Origin: an uncultured Muribaculaceae bacterium
GTDB lineage: Bacteria; Bacillota_I; Bacilli_A; RF39; UBA660
Assembly: GCA_964545885.1 (NCBI GenBank)
Contig: CAZJHG010000003.1
Location: forward strand, 1,474-65,473
Direction of reading: 5' to 3'
DNA: 64,000 bases
The notes under the pieces: model-generated
Told to the model about the DNA's origin: nothing
The model's database searches: none
Seen by the model: the letters and a program-made list of their open reading frames with translations, nothing else
Program-made: the position numbers and the translations under genes
Shown: one piece after another, positions 45,129 to 54,958 of the stretch
Numbering within the stretch: the first letter of the stretch is position 1
How the letters are laid out: every line of letters begins with the position of its first letter

Positions 45129-46312
45129 TGAATAACTTCAACTATTATGCACCAACCAAAGTAATATTTGGTAGAAATACTGAAACTCAAGTTGGTTCAC
45201 TTATCAAAGAACAAAAATGTCACAAAGTATTAATACATTATGGTGGTCAAAGTGCTATAAAATCAGGCTTACTTAATCGTGTAAAAGAATCTCTCGATAA
45301 GGAGAATATCTCTTATATAGAACTAGGAGGAGTCGTACCCAATCCACGTCTTTCACTAGTATATAAAGGAATCGAATTATGTAAAAAAGAAAATGTAGAC
45401 TTCATCCTCGCTATTGGAGGAGGTTCAGTAATCGATTCAGCTAAAGCTATTGGATATGGTACAACTAATGATGGCGATGTTTGGGATTTTTACGAATATA
45501 CAAGAAAGCCAAACTCTTGTCTACCAATTGGTGTTGTTTTAACAATCTCAGCAGCCGGTAGTGAAATGAGCAGCTCATCAGTCATAACAAATGATAATAG
45601 TGGTATAAAAAGAGGTTATAGTAGTGACTATGCTCGCCCTAAGTTTGCTATTATGAATCCTTGTCTTACTATGACTTTACCATCATACCAAATATCTTGT
45701 GGTATCGTCGATATTTTAATGCATACAATGGAAAGATACTTCACTAGTCAAGGCACATCCCATTTAACAGACGAACTTGCTGAATCCCTCTTAAAAACAG
45801 TAATGCACTACGGCGAAGTATTAATGAAAAATCCAAACGACTATAATGCTCGTGCTGAAATAATGTGGGCTGGCAGTCTATCTCATAACGGTCTTATGGG
45901 GTGTGGTACCAAAGATAATGGCGATTGGTCAACTCATAAATTAGAACACGAACTAAGTGGAATGTACGATGTAGCACATGGTGCAGGTCTAGCAGCTATC
46001 TGGTCAAGTTGGGCACGTTACGTTTACAAAGATAAGCCAGAAAGGTTCTTAAAATTTGCTCAAAACGTTATGGAAATACCATATACCAAAGACGATGATA
46101 CAACAATAAATTTAGGTATAGACAAAATGGAAACATACTTTAAAAGTCTTAATATGCCAACTTCTATAACAGAACTAGGAATCAAACCAGTCGCCGAAGA
46201 TTTAATAGAAATGTCTAAAAAATGTAGTAAAGCAGTTAATGGTTCTTGTGGTTCTATAAAAAAACTTACTGAAATAGACATGCTTACAATTTATAAAAAC
46301 GCTCTAAAATAG
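45128..46312 (+). CDS. Iron-containing (group III) alcohol dehydrogenase, butanol-dehydrogenase/YqhD-like
   Basis: AIGGGSVIDSAKA, and metal-ligand His residues in HKLEHELS and AHGAGLA. TAATG overlap with the upstream gene. Confidence 0.85.
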   Translation: MNNFNYYAPTKVIFGRNTETQVGSLIKEQKCHKVLIHYGGQSAIKSGLLNRVKESLDKENISYIELGGVVPNPRLSLVYKGIELCKKENVDFILAIGGGSVIDSAKAIGYGTTNDGDVWDFYEYTRKPNSCLPIGVVLTISAAGSEMSSSSVITNDNSGIKRGYSSDYARPKFAIMNPCLTMTLPSYQISCGIVDILMHTMERYFTSQGTSHLTDELAESLLKTVMHYGEVLMKNPNDYNARAEIMWAGSLSHNGLMGCGTKDNGDWSTHKLEHELSGMYDVAHGAGLAAIWSSWARYVYKDKPERFLKFAQNVMEIPYTKDDDTTINLGIDKMETYFKSLNMPTSITELGIKPVAEDLIEMSKKCSKAVNGSCGSIKKLTEIDMLTIYKNALK

Positions 46313-46335
46313 TTTCATATCGAAACTATTTTTTC
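46308..46335 (+). terminator. Rho-independent terminator
   Basis: aatagtttc-atatc-gaaactatt stem followed by T6. Confidence 0.8.
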
Positions 46336-46338
46336 TTA

Positions 46339-46347
46339 TGCTATAAT
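46339..46347 (+). promoter_or_regulatory. Extended -10 promoter TGCTATAAT
   Basis: ttaTGCTATAAT 19 nt upstream of ATG 46366. Confidence 0.6.
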
Positions 46348-46365
46348 AAGACAAAGGTGACTTAT

Positions 46366-47088
46366 ATGAACGATTTATTTATCAAAAAAATAGAAATATC
46401 AAAAGAAGATTTTCCTAATACAATACAATATCCATTTAACATCGAAATAATAAAAAATTTCAAGACATTAAATTTTACAAAGAACGTTACATTCCTAGTA
46501 GGAGAAAATGGTATAGGTAAATCAACATTTATTGAAGCCCTAGCTGTTGCTTGTGGCCTTAATGCCGAAGGTGGTACTGGTAATTTCATGTTTACTACAA
46601 GAGAAACTGAATATGAATTAAGCAATTATATTAAAATAGATCATTTCCAACGTTGCGTTGAAACAAAGTTCTTTCTCCGTGCTGAAAGTTTTTACAATGT
46701 TGCTTCTGAAATAGAAAGACTAGGAGTAAGTGGATATGGTGTTAAAAGTCTTCACAAAGTATCCCATGGTGAATCATTTATCCAACTAGTTCAAAATCGC
46801 TTTACTAAAAATGGCCTATATATCTTAGACGAACCAGAAGCAGCTTTATCTCCAAGTCGTCAAATGACTCTTTTATGTCTAATAAATGAACTAGCAAATC
46901 AAGGGTCCCAATTCATAATAGCCACTCATTCTCCAATATTAATTTCTTACCGTGATGGTGAAATCCTTGATTTAAATAATAATTTTAAAAAAATACCATA
47001 CGAAGAAACTGAAATATATAAAACATATAAAATGTATTTAGATTATCCATACGAAATGCAAAGAAGATTATTTGACGAAGAAGAGTAA
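46366..47088 (+). CDS. Stand-alone ABC/SMC-like AAA ATPase
   Basis: Walker A GENGIGKST, signature-like SHGES, Walker B LYILDEPEAALS, H-loop ATHSP. ATG 46366 is preferred over the track's GTG 46357. Confidence 0.75.
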   Translation: MNDLFIKKIEISKEDFPNTIQYPFNIEIIKNFKTLNFTKNVTFLVGENGIGKSTFIEALAVACGLNAEGGTGNFMFTTRETEYELSNYIKIDHFQRCVETKFFLRAESFYNVASEIERLGVSGYGVKSLHKVSHGESFIQLVQNRFTKNGLYILDEPEAALSPSRQMTLLCLINELANQGSQFIIATHSPILISYRDGEILDLNNNFKKIPYEETEIYKTYKMYLDYPYEMQRRLFDEEE

Positions 47089-47111
47089 CAAAAAGCACAA
47101 AATTATCCCCC

Positions 47112-47139
47112 TTTACAAAAATACTCTATATGCTATAAT
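47112..47139 (+). promoter_or_regulatory. Promoter TTTACA-16 nt-(TG)cTATAAT
   Basis: -35 at 47112-47117 and extended -10 at 47131-47139, upstream of the lipoprotein gene. Confidence 0.65.
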
Positions 47140-47172
47140 GAACGATGTAAGAATATTTATGAAAGGATTTTA

Positions 47173-47679
47173 ATGATGAAAAAAATAAACTTACTAATCG
47201 CATTATTCTTTGCTACATTACTTCTAGTAGGATGTGGCCAAACAAAAGAAAAAAACGTTGAAGGAACATTAGAAGAAATACTTACTAAGCTATATGCTGA
47301 CTTAAGTGAAGATGAACTTCCTTACTTAGAAAAAATAAGTTTCCTAGAGAAAGAAGAGGAAGCAACAGACGAGGAACAAGAGAATAGAATAAAATACTAT
47401 ATTGGTACAGATAAGCTTGAAATAAAAGACGCATTAGCATCTGAACCAGCTATGTCATCTATCGCTTATTCAGTAGTTTTATTAAGAATGGAAGAAAATG
47501 CTGACATCGAAAAAGCTAAAGAAGAAATAAAAGAAAACGTTAACCCAAGAAAGTGGTTCTGTGTTGAAGTTCCTGAAGAAGATGTAATAGTAAAAAGTAA
47601 AGGCGATTTAATAATATTAATTATGGTTGCGGACGAAAATGCACGAACAAAAATCGAAACAGCTTTCGACAATCTATAG
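47173..47679 (+). CDS. Lipoprotein (possibly DUF4358-like)
   Basis: Lipobox LLLVGC after a basic N-terminus. Acidic mature protein. Adjacent to MBOAT and DHHW genes. Confidence 0.75.
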   Translation: MMKKINLLIALFFATLLLVGCGQTKEKNVEGTLEEILTKLYADLSEDELPYLEKISFLEKEEEATDEEQENRIKYYIGTDKLEIKDALASEPAMSSIAYSVVLLRMEENADIEKAKEEIKENVNPRKWFCVEVPEEDVIVKSKGDLIILIMVADENARTKIETAFDNL

Positions 47680-47705
47680 AAATCTTCCAAGAAGATTTCT
47701 TTTTC
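47678..47705 (+). terminator. Hairpin with T run between the lipoprotein and MBOAT genes
   Basis: agaaatcttc-caa-gaagatttct perfect 10-bp stem followed by T5, sited 15 nt before ATG 47720. Confidence 0.7.
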
Positions 47706-47719
47706 ATTGAGGTGATAAA

Positions 47720-49108
47720 ATGTTATTTTCAAGTATTACATTTATATATTTCTTTATACCATTACTTTTATTGGTATATTTTCTAACTCCAACTAAATAC
47801 AGAAACATTCCATTGCTAATATTTAGTTTATTATTTTATTTTTTAGGAGAACCTAAATACATCATAGTTCTTATACTATCTTGTATAATAAATTATTATT
47901 TAAGTAAATTAATGGCCCACAAGAAAACTAAAAAACACAAAAAACTTTTTCTTATAATTGCTTTAATTTACGATATTGGTCAATTACTATATTTTAAATA
48001 TACAGATTTCTTCATATCTAACATAAATAATATTTTTAACTTAAAAATATCTTTATTACATATAGTAATGCCAATTGGTATTAGTTTTTTCACTTTTCAA
48101 ATAATAGCTTATATAATAGATGTCTATAATAATAAACATAAGCCATCTAGCAAACTAACGGATTTCATGATGTACGTATCATTATTTCCTCAATTAATAG
48201 CTGGACCAATAGTTAGATATGCTGATGTTGAAAAAGAAATAACTAAAAGAGAAATAACTTTTAATAAATTTTCTCAAGGTATAAAACGTTTTGTAATAGG
48301 TCTATCTAAGAAAGTCTTATTAGCTAATGTCTTAGGTGAATTTGCCAAAGCTTTAGTAGAGGAGACTATCCTTTCTTCATGGTTAAAACCAATATTATTT
48401 ACATTACAAATATACTTTGATTTTTCTGGATATAGTGACATGGCAATTGGTCTTGGTCTAATGTTAGGTTTCCATTTCCTAGAAAACTTTAACTATCCTC
48501 TAATAGCAAAATCTATAACTGACTTCTGGCGTAGATGGCATATGTCTTTATCTACTTGGTTTAGAGACTATGTCTATATTCCTTTAGGAGGAAATAGAGT
48601 AAGTAAAATAAAATGGATCAGAAACATCTTCATAGTATGGTTCTTAACTGGTTTCTGGCATGGTGCCAGTTGGAACTTTATCATCTGGGGCCTATATTTT
48701 GGTATTCTTTTAGTCGTAGAAAAACTATTCTTAGGTAAATACTTAGAAAAAACAAAATTAATTAAATACATCTATACTTCTATAATAGTAATAATAAGTT
48801 TCTTAATATTCAGTGTAGACTCAGTACCAGATATTTTAAATAATCTAAAAAATATGTTCTTCTTATCCAACATCCCATTTACATCTTTAGAAACAACATA
48901 CTATCTTAAAAGTAATTTAATCCTTTTAATAATATCTATATTAGGAGCAACTCCATTATTAAAAAATATAATAATTAAATTAAAAGAAACAAAATTAAAA
49001 GTATTAATCGACTTCTTAGAACCAATCTATATAATAGTACTTCTAATATTATGTACATCATTTTTAATAGATGCATCTTTTAATCCATTCTTATACTTTA
49101 GATTCTAG
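47720..49108 (+). CDS. MBOAT-family O-acyltransferase (AlgI/DltB-like)
   Basis: Polytopic. FWRRWHMSLSTWFRDYVYIPLGGNR and FLTGFWHGASWNF are the MBOAT catalytic-His region. Confidence 0.9.
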   Translation: MLFSSITFIYFFIPLLLLVYFLTPTKYRNIPLLIFSLLFYFLGEPKYIIVLILSCIINYYLSKLMAHKKTKKHKKLFLIIALIYDIGQLLYFKYTDFFISNINNIFNLKISLLHIVMPIGISFFTFQIIAYIIDVYNNKHKPSSKLTDFMMYVSLFPQLIAGPIVRYADVEKEITKREITFNKFSQGIKRFVIGLSKKVLLANVLGEFAKALVEETILSSWLKPILFTLQIYFDFSGYSDMAIGLGLMLGFHFLENFNYPLIAKSITDFWRRWHMSLSTWFRDYVYIPLGGNRVSKIKWIRNIFIVWFLTGFWHGASWNFIIWGLYFGILLVVEKLFLGKYLEKTKLIKYIYTSIIVIISFLIFSVDSVPDILNNLKNMFFLSNIPFTSLETTYYLKSNLILLIISILGATPLLKNIIIKLKETKLKVLIDFLEPIYIIVLLILCTSFLIDASFNPFLYFRF

Positions 49109-49116
49109 GTGATAAC

Positions 49117-50181
49117 ATGAAAGATAAAATAATAACATTTCTATTTTTAGGATTTATTTTTACCTTTGGTATCTTACATATATTAATTCCTGATAATGAA
49201 ATAAGTAATACTGAAAGAAGAAAGTTAAGTACATTTCCTAAATTTGAACTATCTAGTAATTATATTGAAAACGTTGACAAATACTTATTAGATCACTTTC
49301 CGTTACGAGATACGTTTCGTAGTATTAAAGCTAACTTCAATTACAAAGTATTACATAAATTAGATAATAATGATATCTATTTAAAAGATAATTATATTTT
49401 TAAATCAGAATATCCAACTAATAAAGGTTCAATATCTAATTTCATAAATAAAACTAATAAAATAAAATCTCTTTTAACTGAAGATAATCAAACATACTTT
49501 ATGGCTATACCAGATAAAAATTATTATCTAGAAACTAATAATTTTCTTCAAATCGATTATGATTATCTCTATAATGAAATAGATAAACTTAATATGAAAG
49601 AAATTGATATTAGAAATATAATGTCCTTAAACGATTACTATGAAACAGACACTCATTGGAAACAAGAAAACTTACAAAAAGTAATAAAAGAAATGAGTAC
49701 TATAATGGACTTTGAGTATCAAGAAATACCTTATAAAGAAAACACTTATAATAAATTCTATGGTGTATATTATGGTGAATCAGCTATATCTCGTAATCCA
49801 GAAACAATTACTTACTTAACTAGTGATACTATTCTTAATAGTGAAGTAAAATACTTAGAAAATTCTAATCTTAACAGTGTCTATAACTTAGATAAATTAG
49901 AATCATTTGATTCATACGAAGTATATTTAGATGGAGCATCTTCATTAATTGAAATAACTAACAAAAAATCCCTATCTAAAAAAGAATTAATTATATTCAG
50001 AGATTCATTTGGTAGCAGTTTATCACCACTATTAATCGAATATTATGATAAAATAACTATAATAGATAATCGTTACATAAGTAGTGAATATCTAAAAGAC
50101 TATGTTACATTCACTAATCAAGATGTTTTATTTATGTATAGTGCATTCTTGATAAATAGTAGTGGTTCATTAAAAGGATAG
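49117..50181 (+). CDS. DHHW/AlgJ-like (SGNH-related) protein, MBOAT partner
   Basis: N-terminal TM segment. YYETDTHWKQ (D-x-HW motif) and IFRDSFGSSL. Confidence 0.7.
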   Translation: MKDKIITFLFLGFIFTFGILHILIPDNEISNTERRKLSTFPKFELSSNYIENVDKYLLDHFPLRDTFRSIKANFNYKVLHKLDNNDIYLKDNYIFKSEYPTNKGSISNFINKTNKIKSLLTEDNQTYFMAIPDKNYYLETNNFLQIDYDYLYNEIDKLNMKEIDIRNIMSLNDYYETDTHWKQENLQKVIKEMSTIMDFEYQEIPYKENTYNKFYGVYYGESAISRNPETITYLTSDTILNSEVKYLENSNLNSVYNLDKLESFDSYEVYLDGASSLIEITNKKSLSKKELIIFRDSFGSSLSPLLIEYYDKITIIDNRYISSEYLKDYVTFTNQDVLFMYSAFLINSSGSLKG

Positions 50182-50188
50182 TGTTATT

Positions 50189-50746
50189 ATGGATATATTA
50201 AATTACTTGCAATATAACTCAGTCTTAATTCTAAGTTATTTCTTTATATCATTATTTGCTTATATTATAAACTTAATAAGTAGCGGTAAAATAAATGACA
50301 TATTATTTTCTACATATCGTAGTTCTTTATTTAATCCATTAACTTATATTAGATTATTTACTCATATTATAGGTCACGAAAATTGGCGCCATTTTTCGTC
50401 AAACTTTCTTTATATATTATTAATAGGTCCTATGATAGAAGAAAAATATGGCACAATTAATTTACTTATAATGATTCTAATTACAGCAGGAATAACTGGT
50501 ATTATAAATTCATTACTAGGCAAAAAGAAATTATTAGGAGCTAGTGGTATAGTATTCATGCTTATCATACTAAGTTCATTTGTAAATATAGAAGCTGGTA
50601 AAATCCCTATAACACTTATTTTAATATTCATCTTCTATATAGTTAATGAAATAATAGATGGTCTATTTAAAAATGATAAGGTATCCCATCTTGGTCATTT
50701 ACTAGGTGCTATATGTGGTTTTATCTTTGGATTTTACTGGTTATAA
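50189..50746 (+). CDS. Rhomboid-family intramembrane serine protease
   Basis: HENWRH, GASGIVFM (catalytic GxSG) and HLGHLLGAICG (catalytic His), 6 TM segments, 185 aa. Confidence 0.8.
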   Translation: MDILNYLQYNSVLILSYFFISLFAYIINLISSGKINDILFSTYRSSLFNPLTYIRLFTHIIGHENWRHFSSNFLYILLIGPMIEEKYGTINLLIMILITAGITGIINSLLGKKKLLGASGIVFMLIILSSFVNIEAGKIPITLILIFIFYIVNEIIDGLFKNDKVSHLGHLLGAICGFIFGFYWL

Positions 50747-50825
50747 AACTTTTTTAATAATTTTTAAAAATTTCACAAAATCTTAACAAACAATGAGTAT
50801 ATTTGAATAGGTAGGAGAATGATAT

Positions 50826-52148
50826 ATGAAAAAAGAAAAGAAATTTTGTACAAATTGTAATGCTCCATTAACTTTAAAAGCCAAATTCTGTTCAGAATGT
50901 GGAACTAAAGTTGAAGAAGAATTACAAGAAACTAAAGAAGAAACAAAAGTATTAGAAGAAGAAATTATTGAAGTAGAAAAAATAAGTAAAGAAGAACAAT
51001 TATCTACTGAAAAGAAAAACGAACAAACAAATATAATAGAACAACCAATCATAACTGCAAAAGAAGTTAATTCATTCGAAAGTAAAAAGAAATATGTTTA
51101 TCCAATTATTGCTGTAGTATTAACTTTTATTATATGTATGGGTGTATTTACATGTTTTTATGAATATTATTTAAAAAATTTAGTAATTGAAACAACTAAA
51201 AGAGAAGTAACAGTTACAGATACAGGAATAGCAGAAGCTGTTGAAAAAGTATATGATTCAGTTGTAGTAGTAGAATCATATTATAATGGGCAACTATATG
51301 CAACCGGGACAGGTTTTGTTTATAAAACAGATAAAGAAAAAGGATATATTTTAACTAATAATCACGTAATTGAAAATGCTTCTGAAATAAAAGTAGTATT
51401 TACTAATAATAAAGAAAAAAAAGTAGAATTAGTGGGAACTGATTCCTATTCTGATGTTGCAGTATTGAGTGTTGATGTAGATAGTGTAATTTCTGTAGCA
51501 GAAATAGGCAGCAGCGAAGATTTAAAAGTAGGAGATACTTCCTTTGCAGTAGGCGCTCCACTAGATTCATCAACATATGCTTGGACCGTAACAAGAGGAG
51601 TAATTTCTGGTAAAAATAGAACAGTTGAAGTATCATCAACAACAGGAACTACATCTAGTATTATGGAAGTACTACAAACAGACACAGCTATCAACAGTGG
51701 TAATTCAGGCGGACCTTTATGTAACAGTAATGGAGAAGTCATAGGTATAACAAATATGAAGCTAGCTAGTTCATCTATTGAAGGAATGGGCTTTGCCATC
51801 CCAATAGAAACAGCCGTTGAAGTAGCAGAAAAATTAATTTCTGGCAAAACAATATCATATCCATATATTGGGGTATACATTTATGATGCCACAGCTTCTC
51901 GTTTTAGTAGTGAAATAATTGGTGTATATGTTGAAAGTGTTGAAAAAAATTCTCCAGCCGAAAAAGGCGGCTTAAAAAGTGGAGACAAAATAATTGCCGT
52001 AAATGGAACAGAAATTGCAAGTTCAACATACTTCAAACATGAATTATATAAATATGAAATAGGTGATGAAATCACTATTACTATTGAAAGAAACGGTAAA
52101 GAAAAAGAGTTGAAAATAACTCTAGGTAGTTCAAATCCTAGTGCCTAA
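50826..52148 (+). CDS. HtrA/DegP-family serine protease with N-terminal zinc ribbon, TM segment and C-terminal PDZ domain
   Basis: CTNCNAP..CSECG; catalytic triad context NNHV, SDVAVL, GNSGGPL; PDZ GLKSGDKIIAVNG. Confidence 0.9.
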   Translation: MKKEKKFCTNCNAPLTLKAKFCSECGTKVEEELQETKEETKVLEEEIIEVEKISKEEQLSTEKKNEQTNIIEQPIITAKEVNSFESKKKYVYPIIAVVLTFIICMGVFTCFYEYYLKNLVIETTKREVTVTDTGIAEAVEKVYDSVVVVESYYNGQLYATGTGFVYKTDKEKGYILTNNHVIENASEIKVVFTNNKEKKVELVGTDSYSDVAVLSVDVDSVISVAEIGSSEDLKVGDTSFAVGAPLDSSTYAWTVTRGVISGKNRTVEVSSTTGTTSSIMEVLQTDTAINSGNSGGPLCNSNGEVIGITNMKLASSSIEGMGFAIPIETAVEVAEKLISGKTISYPYIGVYIYDATASRFSSEIIGVYVESVEKNSPAEKGGLKSGDKIIAVNGTEIASSTYFKHELYKYEIGDEITITIERNGKEKELKITLGSSNPSA

Positions 52149-52178
52149 AGATTGACTAATAATCAATCTTTTATTTTG
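52148..52178 (+). terminator. Rho-independent terminator
   Basis: aaagattga / tcaatcttt stem followed by a T-rich tail. Confidence 0.7.
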
Positions 52179-52221
52179 TCATAATAGCAAAAATTAAATT
52201 CTTTATACCTTCCATTATTCA

Positions 52222-52230
52222 TGCTATAAT
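52222..52230 (+). promoter_or_regulatory. Extended -10 promoter TGCTATAAT
   Basis: tcaTGCTATAAT 21 nt upstream of ATG 52251. Confidence 0.6.
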
Positions 52231-52250
52231 AAAAATACAAAGGTGATTAT

Positions 52251-52997
52251 ATGAAAGCTAATATCGAAGAAAGTATTATAAGAATAACTAATAAAATAAA
52301 TTCTCTTAATATAACAGAAGAAACAAAAAAGAAAATGATAGAAGTATTACAAGCAATTCGTACATCTGCTAATGGTCGCATTAACTTACCACAAAAAGAC
52401 TCTAATATTTCTGAATATCTTACTTTAAGAAATGAGCACGGCCTAACAACCGGTCCGTTAGAACTTTGTATTGTCACAAAAATTATTAACCCAACAACTA
52501 AATTAACTGAAAATAGAGCATATAATTTTCCTTCTTTAACAGAAATCGTAAATCTTGTTCAAGATAATATAAAATTCATAAATAGTGAAATAGCTAATGC
52601 AAAATACTATGCTGAGTCACAAACATTATCACAAAAAAATGAAGTAGTAGAATCTTCTCCTGTAAAAATAGAATTTAGAGAAGTTGAGCGAGTAAAAGCT
52701 GAAGTAGCTAAAATGGATATTCCTGCACACAAGAAGAAAAGAACTATCGAAGCTTTAAATAGCATAATGAATTCACCAAGAAATAGAATTTATGCTAAAA
52801 AAACAGCCGAATTAGAAGAATATATAGCTGTTAGAAGTGAAACCTTAACTTTAATAAGACGTTATGATGACCCATTATCAGTAAGCTCTAATAAAACACG
52901 AGAATATAAAACTTTATATGGTATGTCCCTAATAAATTATATCGATGAAAATAGAGAAACTATTGATGAAGAAATTAATAGATATAAAAAAAGATAA
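52251..52997 (+). CDS. Hypothetical protein, internally duplicated; paralogue of 53116
   Basis: 248 aa. The N-terminus MKANIEESIIRITNKINSLNITEETKKKMIEVLQAI parallels the next gene, and its second half repeats the same module. Confidence 0.6.
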   Translation: MKANIEESIIRITNKINSLNITEETKKKMIEVLQAIRTSANGRINLPQKDSNISEYLTLRNEHGLTTGPLELCIVTKIINPTTKLTENRAYNFPSLTEIVNLVQDNIKFINSEIANAKYYAESQTLSQKNEVVESSPVKIEFREVERVKAEVAKMDIPAHKKKRTIEALNSIMNSPRNRIYAKKTAELEEYIAVRSETLTLIRRYDDPLSVSSNKTREYKTLYGMSLINYIDENRETIDEEINRYKKR

Positions 52998-53029
52998 ACT
53001 AATAAAATAAGTTAGATAATAATTATTAA

Positions 53030-53056
53030 AATCAATGTATAAACATTGGTTTTTTC
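53030..53056 (+). terminator. Rho-independent terminator
   Basis: aatcaatgt-ataa-acattggtt stem followed by T6. Confidence 0.7.
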
Positions 53057-53115
53057 TATTACTTGCAATATATCTCTATAAATATTAAAATAAAATTAGA
53101 TAGTGAGGCCTTATT

Positions 53116-53841
53116 ATGCAAGATAAAATAGAAAAAAGTATAAAAGTACTAAATAATCAAATAGCATCTTCAAGTATAAATGAAGAATCAAAAAAACATT
53201 TATATGAAGTAATTAAAGGTATTCTAACATCTCTAAATAATAGAGTATACTCAGTAAAAGAAGAAGATCACACTTCGTATATTACTTTAAAGCCAAATTC
53301 CCAAAATCAAAACTCACTACTTGAAATATGTATAGTAGATAAAACAATCTCCTCATCAGAAAGTACTAGTAAATTAACATTTCCTTCTATAATAGAATTA
53401 TCTAACTACATTGAAACTAATTTAGAAGAAATATCAAATAGTCTTAGTAATATAGCTTACTTTAGTACATTAAAAAAAGACTTAGATGAAGAAAAATTAA
53501 TTGAAAAAGCTTTTGCTAATAAGCAACCTAAAATAACTGATACAATAAAAGAAATAACTGATAATACTAACATTTCTGATGATGTAAAAGAATGTATAAA
53601 CAAAGTTCTAAGTAACTTAAATGAAAATCAAACCAAGCTATTAACTTTTAAGGATGAATCATTCGAAGAATATTTAACTATTCAAGAAAATTCTATAATG
53701 ATAATAAGAAAAATATATAATCTAACAAATCAAGTAGTAGGAGAATCTTCATATGTAATCCTTCCCGATGAATTTCCTTCATACATTGAAGAACATCTAA
53801 TTACAATAGAAGAAACTCTTAATCAAAATAAACATCTCTAA
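53116..53841 (+). CDS. Hypothetical protein, internally duplicated; paralogue of 52251
   Basis: 241 aa starting MQDKIEKSIKVLNNQIASSSINEESKKHLYEVIKGI. Shares LEICIV and FPS(L/I) blocks with the 52251 product. Confidence 0.6.
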   Translation: MQDKIEKSIKVLNNQIASSSINEESKKHLYEVIKGILTSLNNRVYSVKEEDHTSYITLKPNSQNQNSLLEICIVDKTISSSESTSKLTFPSIIELSNYIETNLEEISNSLSNIAYFSTLKKDLDEEKLIEKAFANKQPKITDTIKEITDNTNISDDVKECINKVLSNLNENQTKLLTFKDESFEEYLTIQENSIMIIRKIYNLTNQVVGESSYVILPDEFPSYIEEHLITIEETLNQNKHL

Positions 53842-53847
53842 ATAGTA

Positions 53848-53869
53848 GCCAGACACCTCTGGCTTTTTA
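53848..53869 (+). terminator. Rho-independent terminator
   Basis: agccaga-cacc-tctggct stem followed by T5. Confidence 0.8.
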
Positions 53870-53937
53870 ATATTCTCACTTTATGTCCTGTAAAAAAATA
53901 TTCAAAATAGTAAAGTTTTTCTTAAGGAGAGATATGT

Positions 53938-54894
53938 ATGAATCAAGAAAAAATAGGTAAATTCATTTCCAAACTAAGAAAAGAAAGAAATCTTACCCAA
54001 GAAGAACTAGCCGAAAAACTTAATATTAGCAGCAAATCTGTATCAAGATGGGAAAATGGCAAATGTATGCCAGATATTTCATTATTAATCCCTATTAGTG
54101 AAATATTAGATGTAACAGTAAATGAATTAGTTAATGGTGAATTAATAAAAAAAGACGAAATAGAAAAGCAATCTACAATATCAACAAAAAATACTATAAA
54201 CTATGCTAATACTATAATAAGAAAAGAAAAACATAAAAGTTATTTTATAATTATTTTAACTATAATAGTAATAATTCCTTTTATTTTAGCAATGGTTGAT
54301 TATCATTTTATTAAACAAGGAGATACTCCTATCTTTATGTTAAAATTAACTGATGATAAGGAAAAAGTTGAAAGTTATATTGGGCTAGGTTATAAAATGA
54401 CTCGTAAGACGGGAAAATATTTTTTTACATCCGATAAGCAGGATACTTACGTTAAATTTGGTACTTGGCTTCATTATCACAACATTTACATTCCACCTAC
54501 AGAACCAAACTATATAACATTAAGCATACCTTACTCAAATAAGATAGAAGCTAAAAGAGGCTCATATTGTTGGTATCAAAATAACCAAGGTAGTTGTCTT
54601 GATACTATATCACTATTAGAAATGACATACACAGAAGGACTAGAAGTATCAGGTTATGAAAAAGTAAGCATATCCAACTTAATTGGAACAATCTCTAAAA
54701 TAGAATGCTTTCGCAAAAGAGTAGATTATAATGATAATGATGAAAACAATTATATAATAGATATAAATTTCGAATATGGAAAAGATTATATCAAAATGCC
54801 TAGTCCAACAGAATTAAAAGATATTTATATAATAAAGATTACTGTAACATCAGATTATGGTGAAGTATGGTATTCCTTTAAGTTAAAAAAGTAA
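53938..54894 (+). CDS. XRE-family HTH protein with TM segment and extracytoplasmic C-terminal domain
   Basis: IGKFISKLRKERNLTQEELAEKLNISSKSVSRWENGKCMPD (Cro/C1 HTH), one TM segment at about aa 100-120, and a ~200-aa C-terminal domain. Confidence 0.8.
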   Translation: MNQEKIGKFISKLRKERNLTQEELAEKLNISSKSVSRWENGKCMPDISLLIPISEILDVTVNELVNGELIKKDEIEKQSTISTKNTINYANTIIRKEKHKSYFIIILTIIVIIPFILAMVDYHFIKQGDTPIFMLKLTDDKEKVESYIGLGYKMTRKTGKYFFTSDKQDTYVKFGTWLHYHNIYIPPTEPNYITLSIPYSNKIEAKRGSYCWYQNNQGSCLDTISLLEMTYTEGLEVSGYEKVSISNLIGTISKIECFRKRVDYNDNDENNYIIDINFEYGKDYIKMPSPTELKDIYIIKITVTSDYGEVWYSFKLKK

Positions 54895-54917
54895 AGATAA
54901 AATACCCCCTCTTTACT
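54890..54917. promoter_or_regulatory. CsoR/RcnR-type operator candidate (AT-rich inverted repeat flanking a C5 tract); may also act as terminator of the upstream gene
   Basis: AGTAAAGA-TAAAATA-CCCCC-TCTTTACT followed by T7, sited 42 nt upstream of the csoR-like ATG. Confidence 0.5.
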
Positions 54918-54958
54918 TTTTTTCTTTTGAGTAATATCATTTTATTGAAGGTGATAAA

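Noticed and set aside
51446-51880. 144-aa minus-strand ORF, plus 51403-51642 and 51881-52075, inside the HtrA gene
   Set aside because: They lie antisense to a gene with a complete catalytic triad and PDZ domain, and have no independent support.
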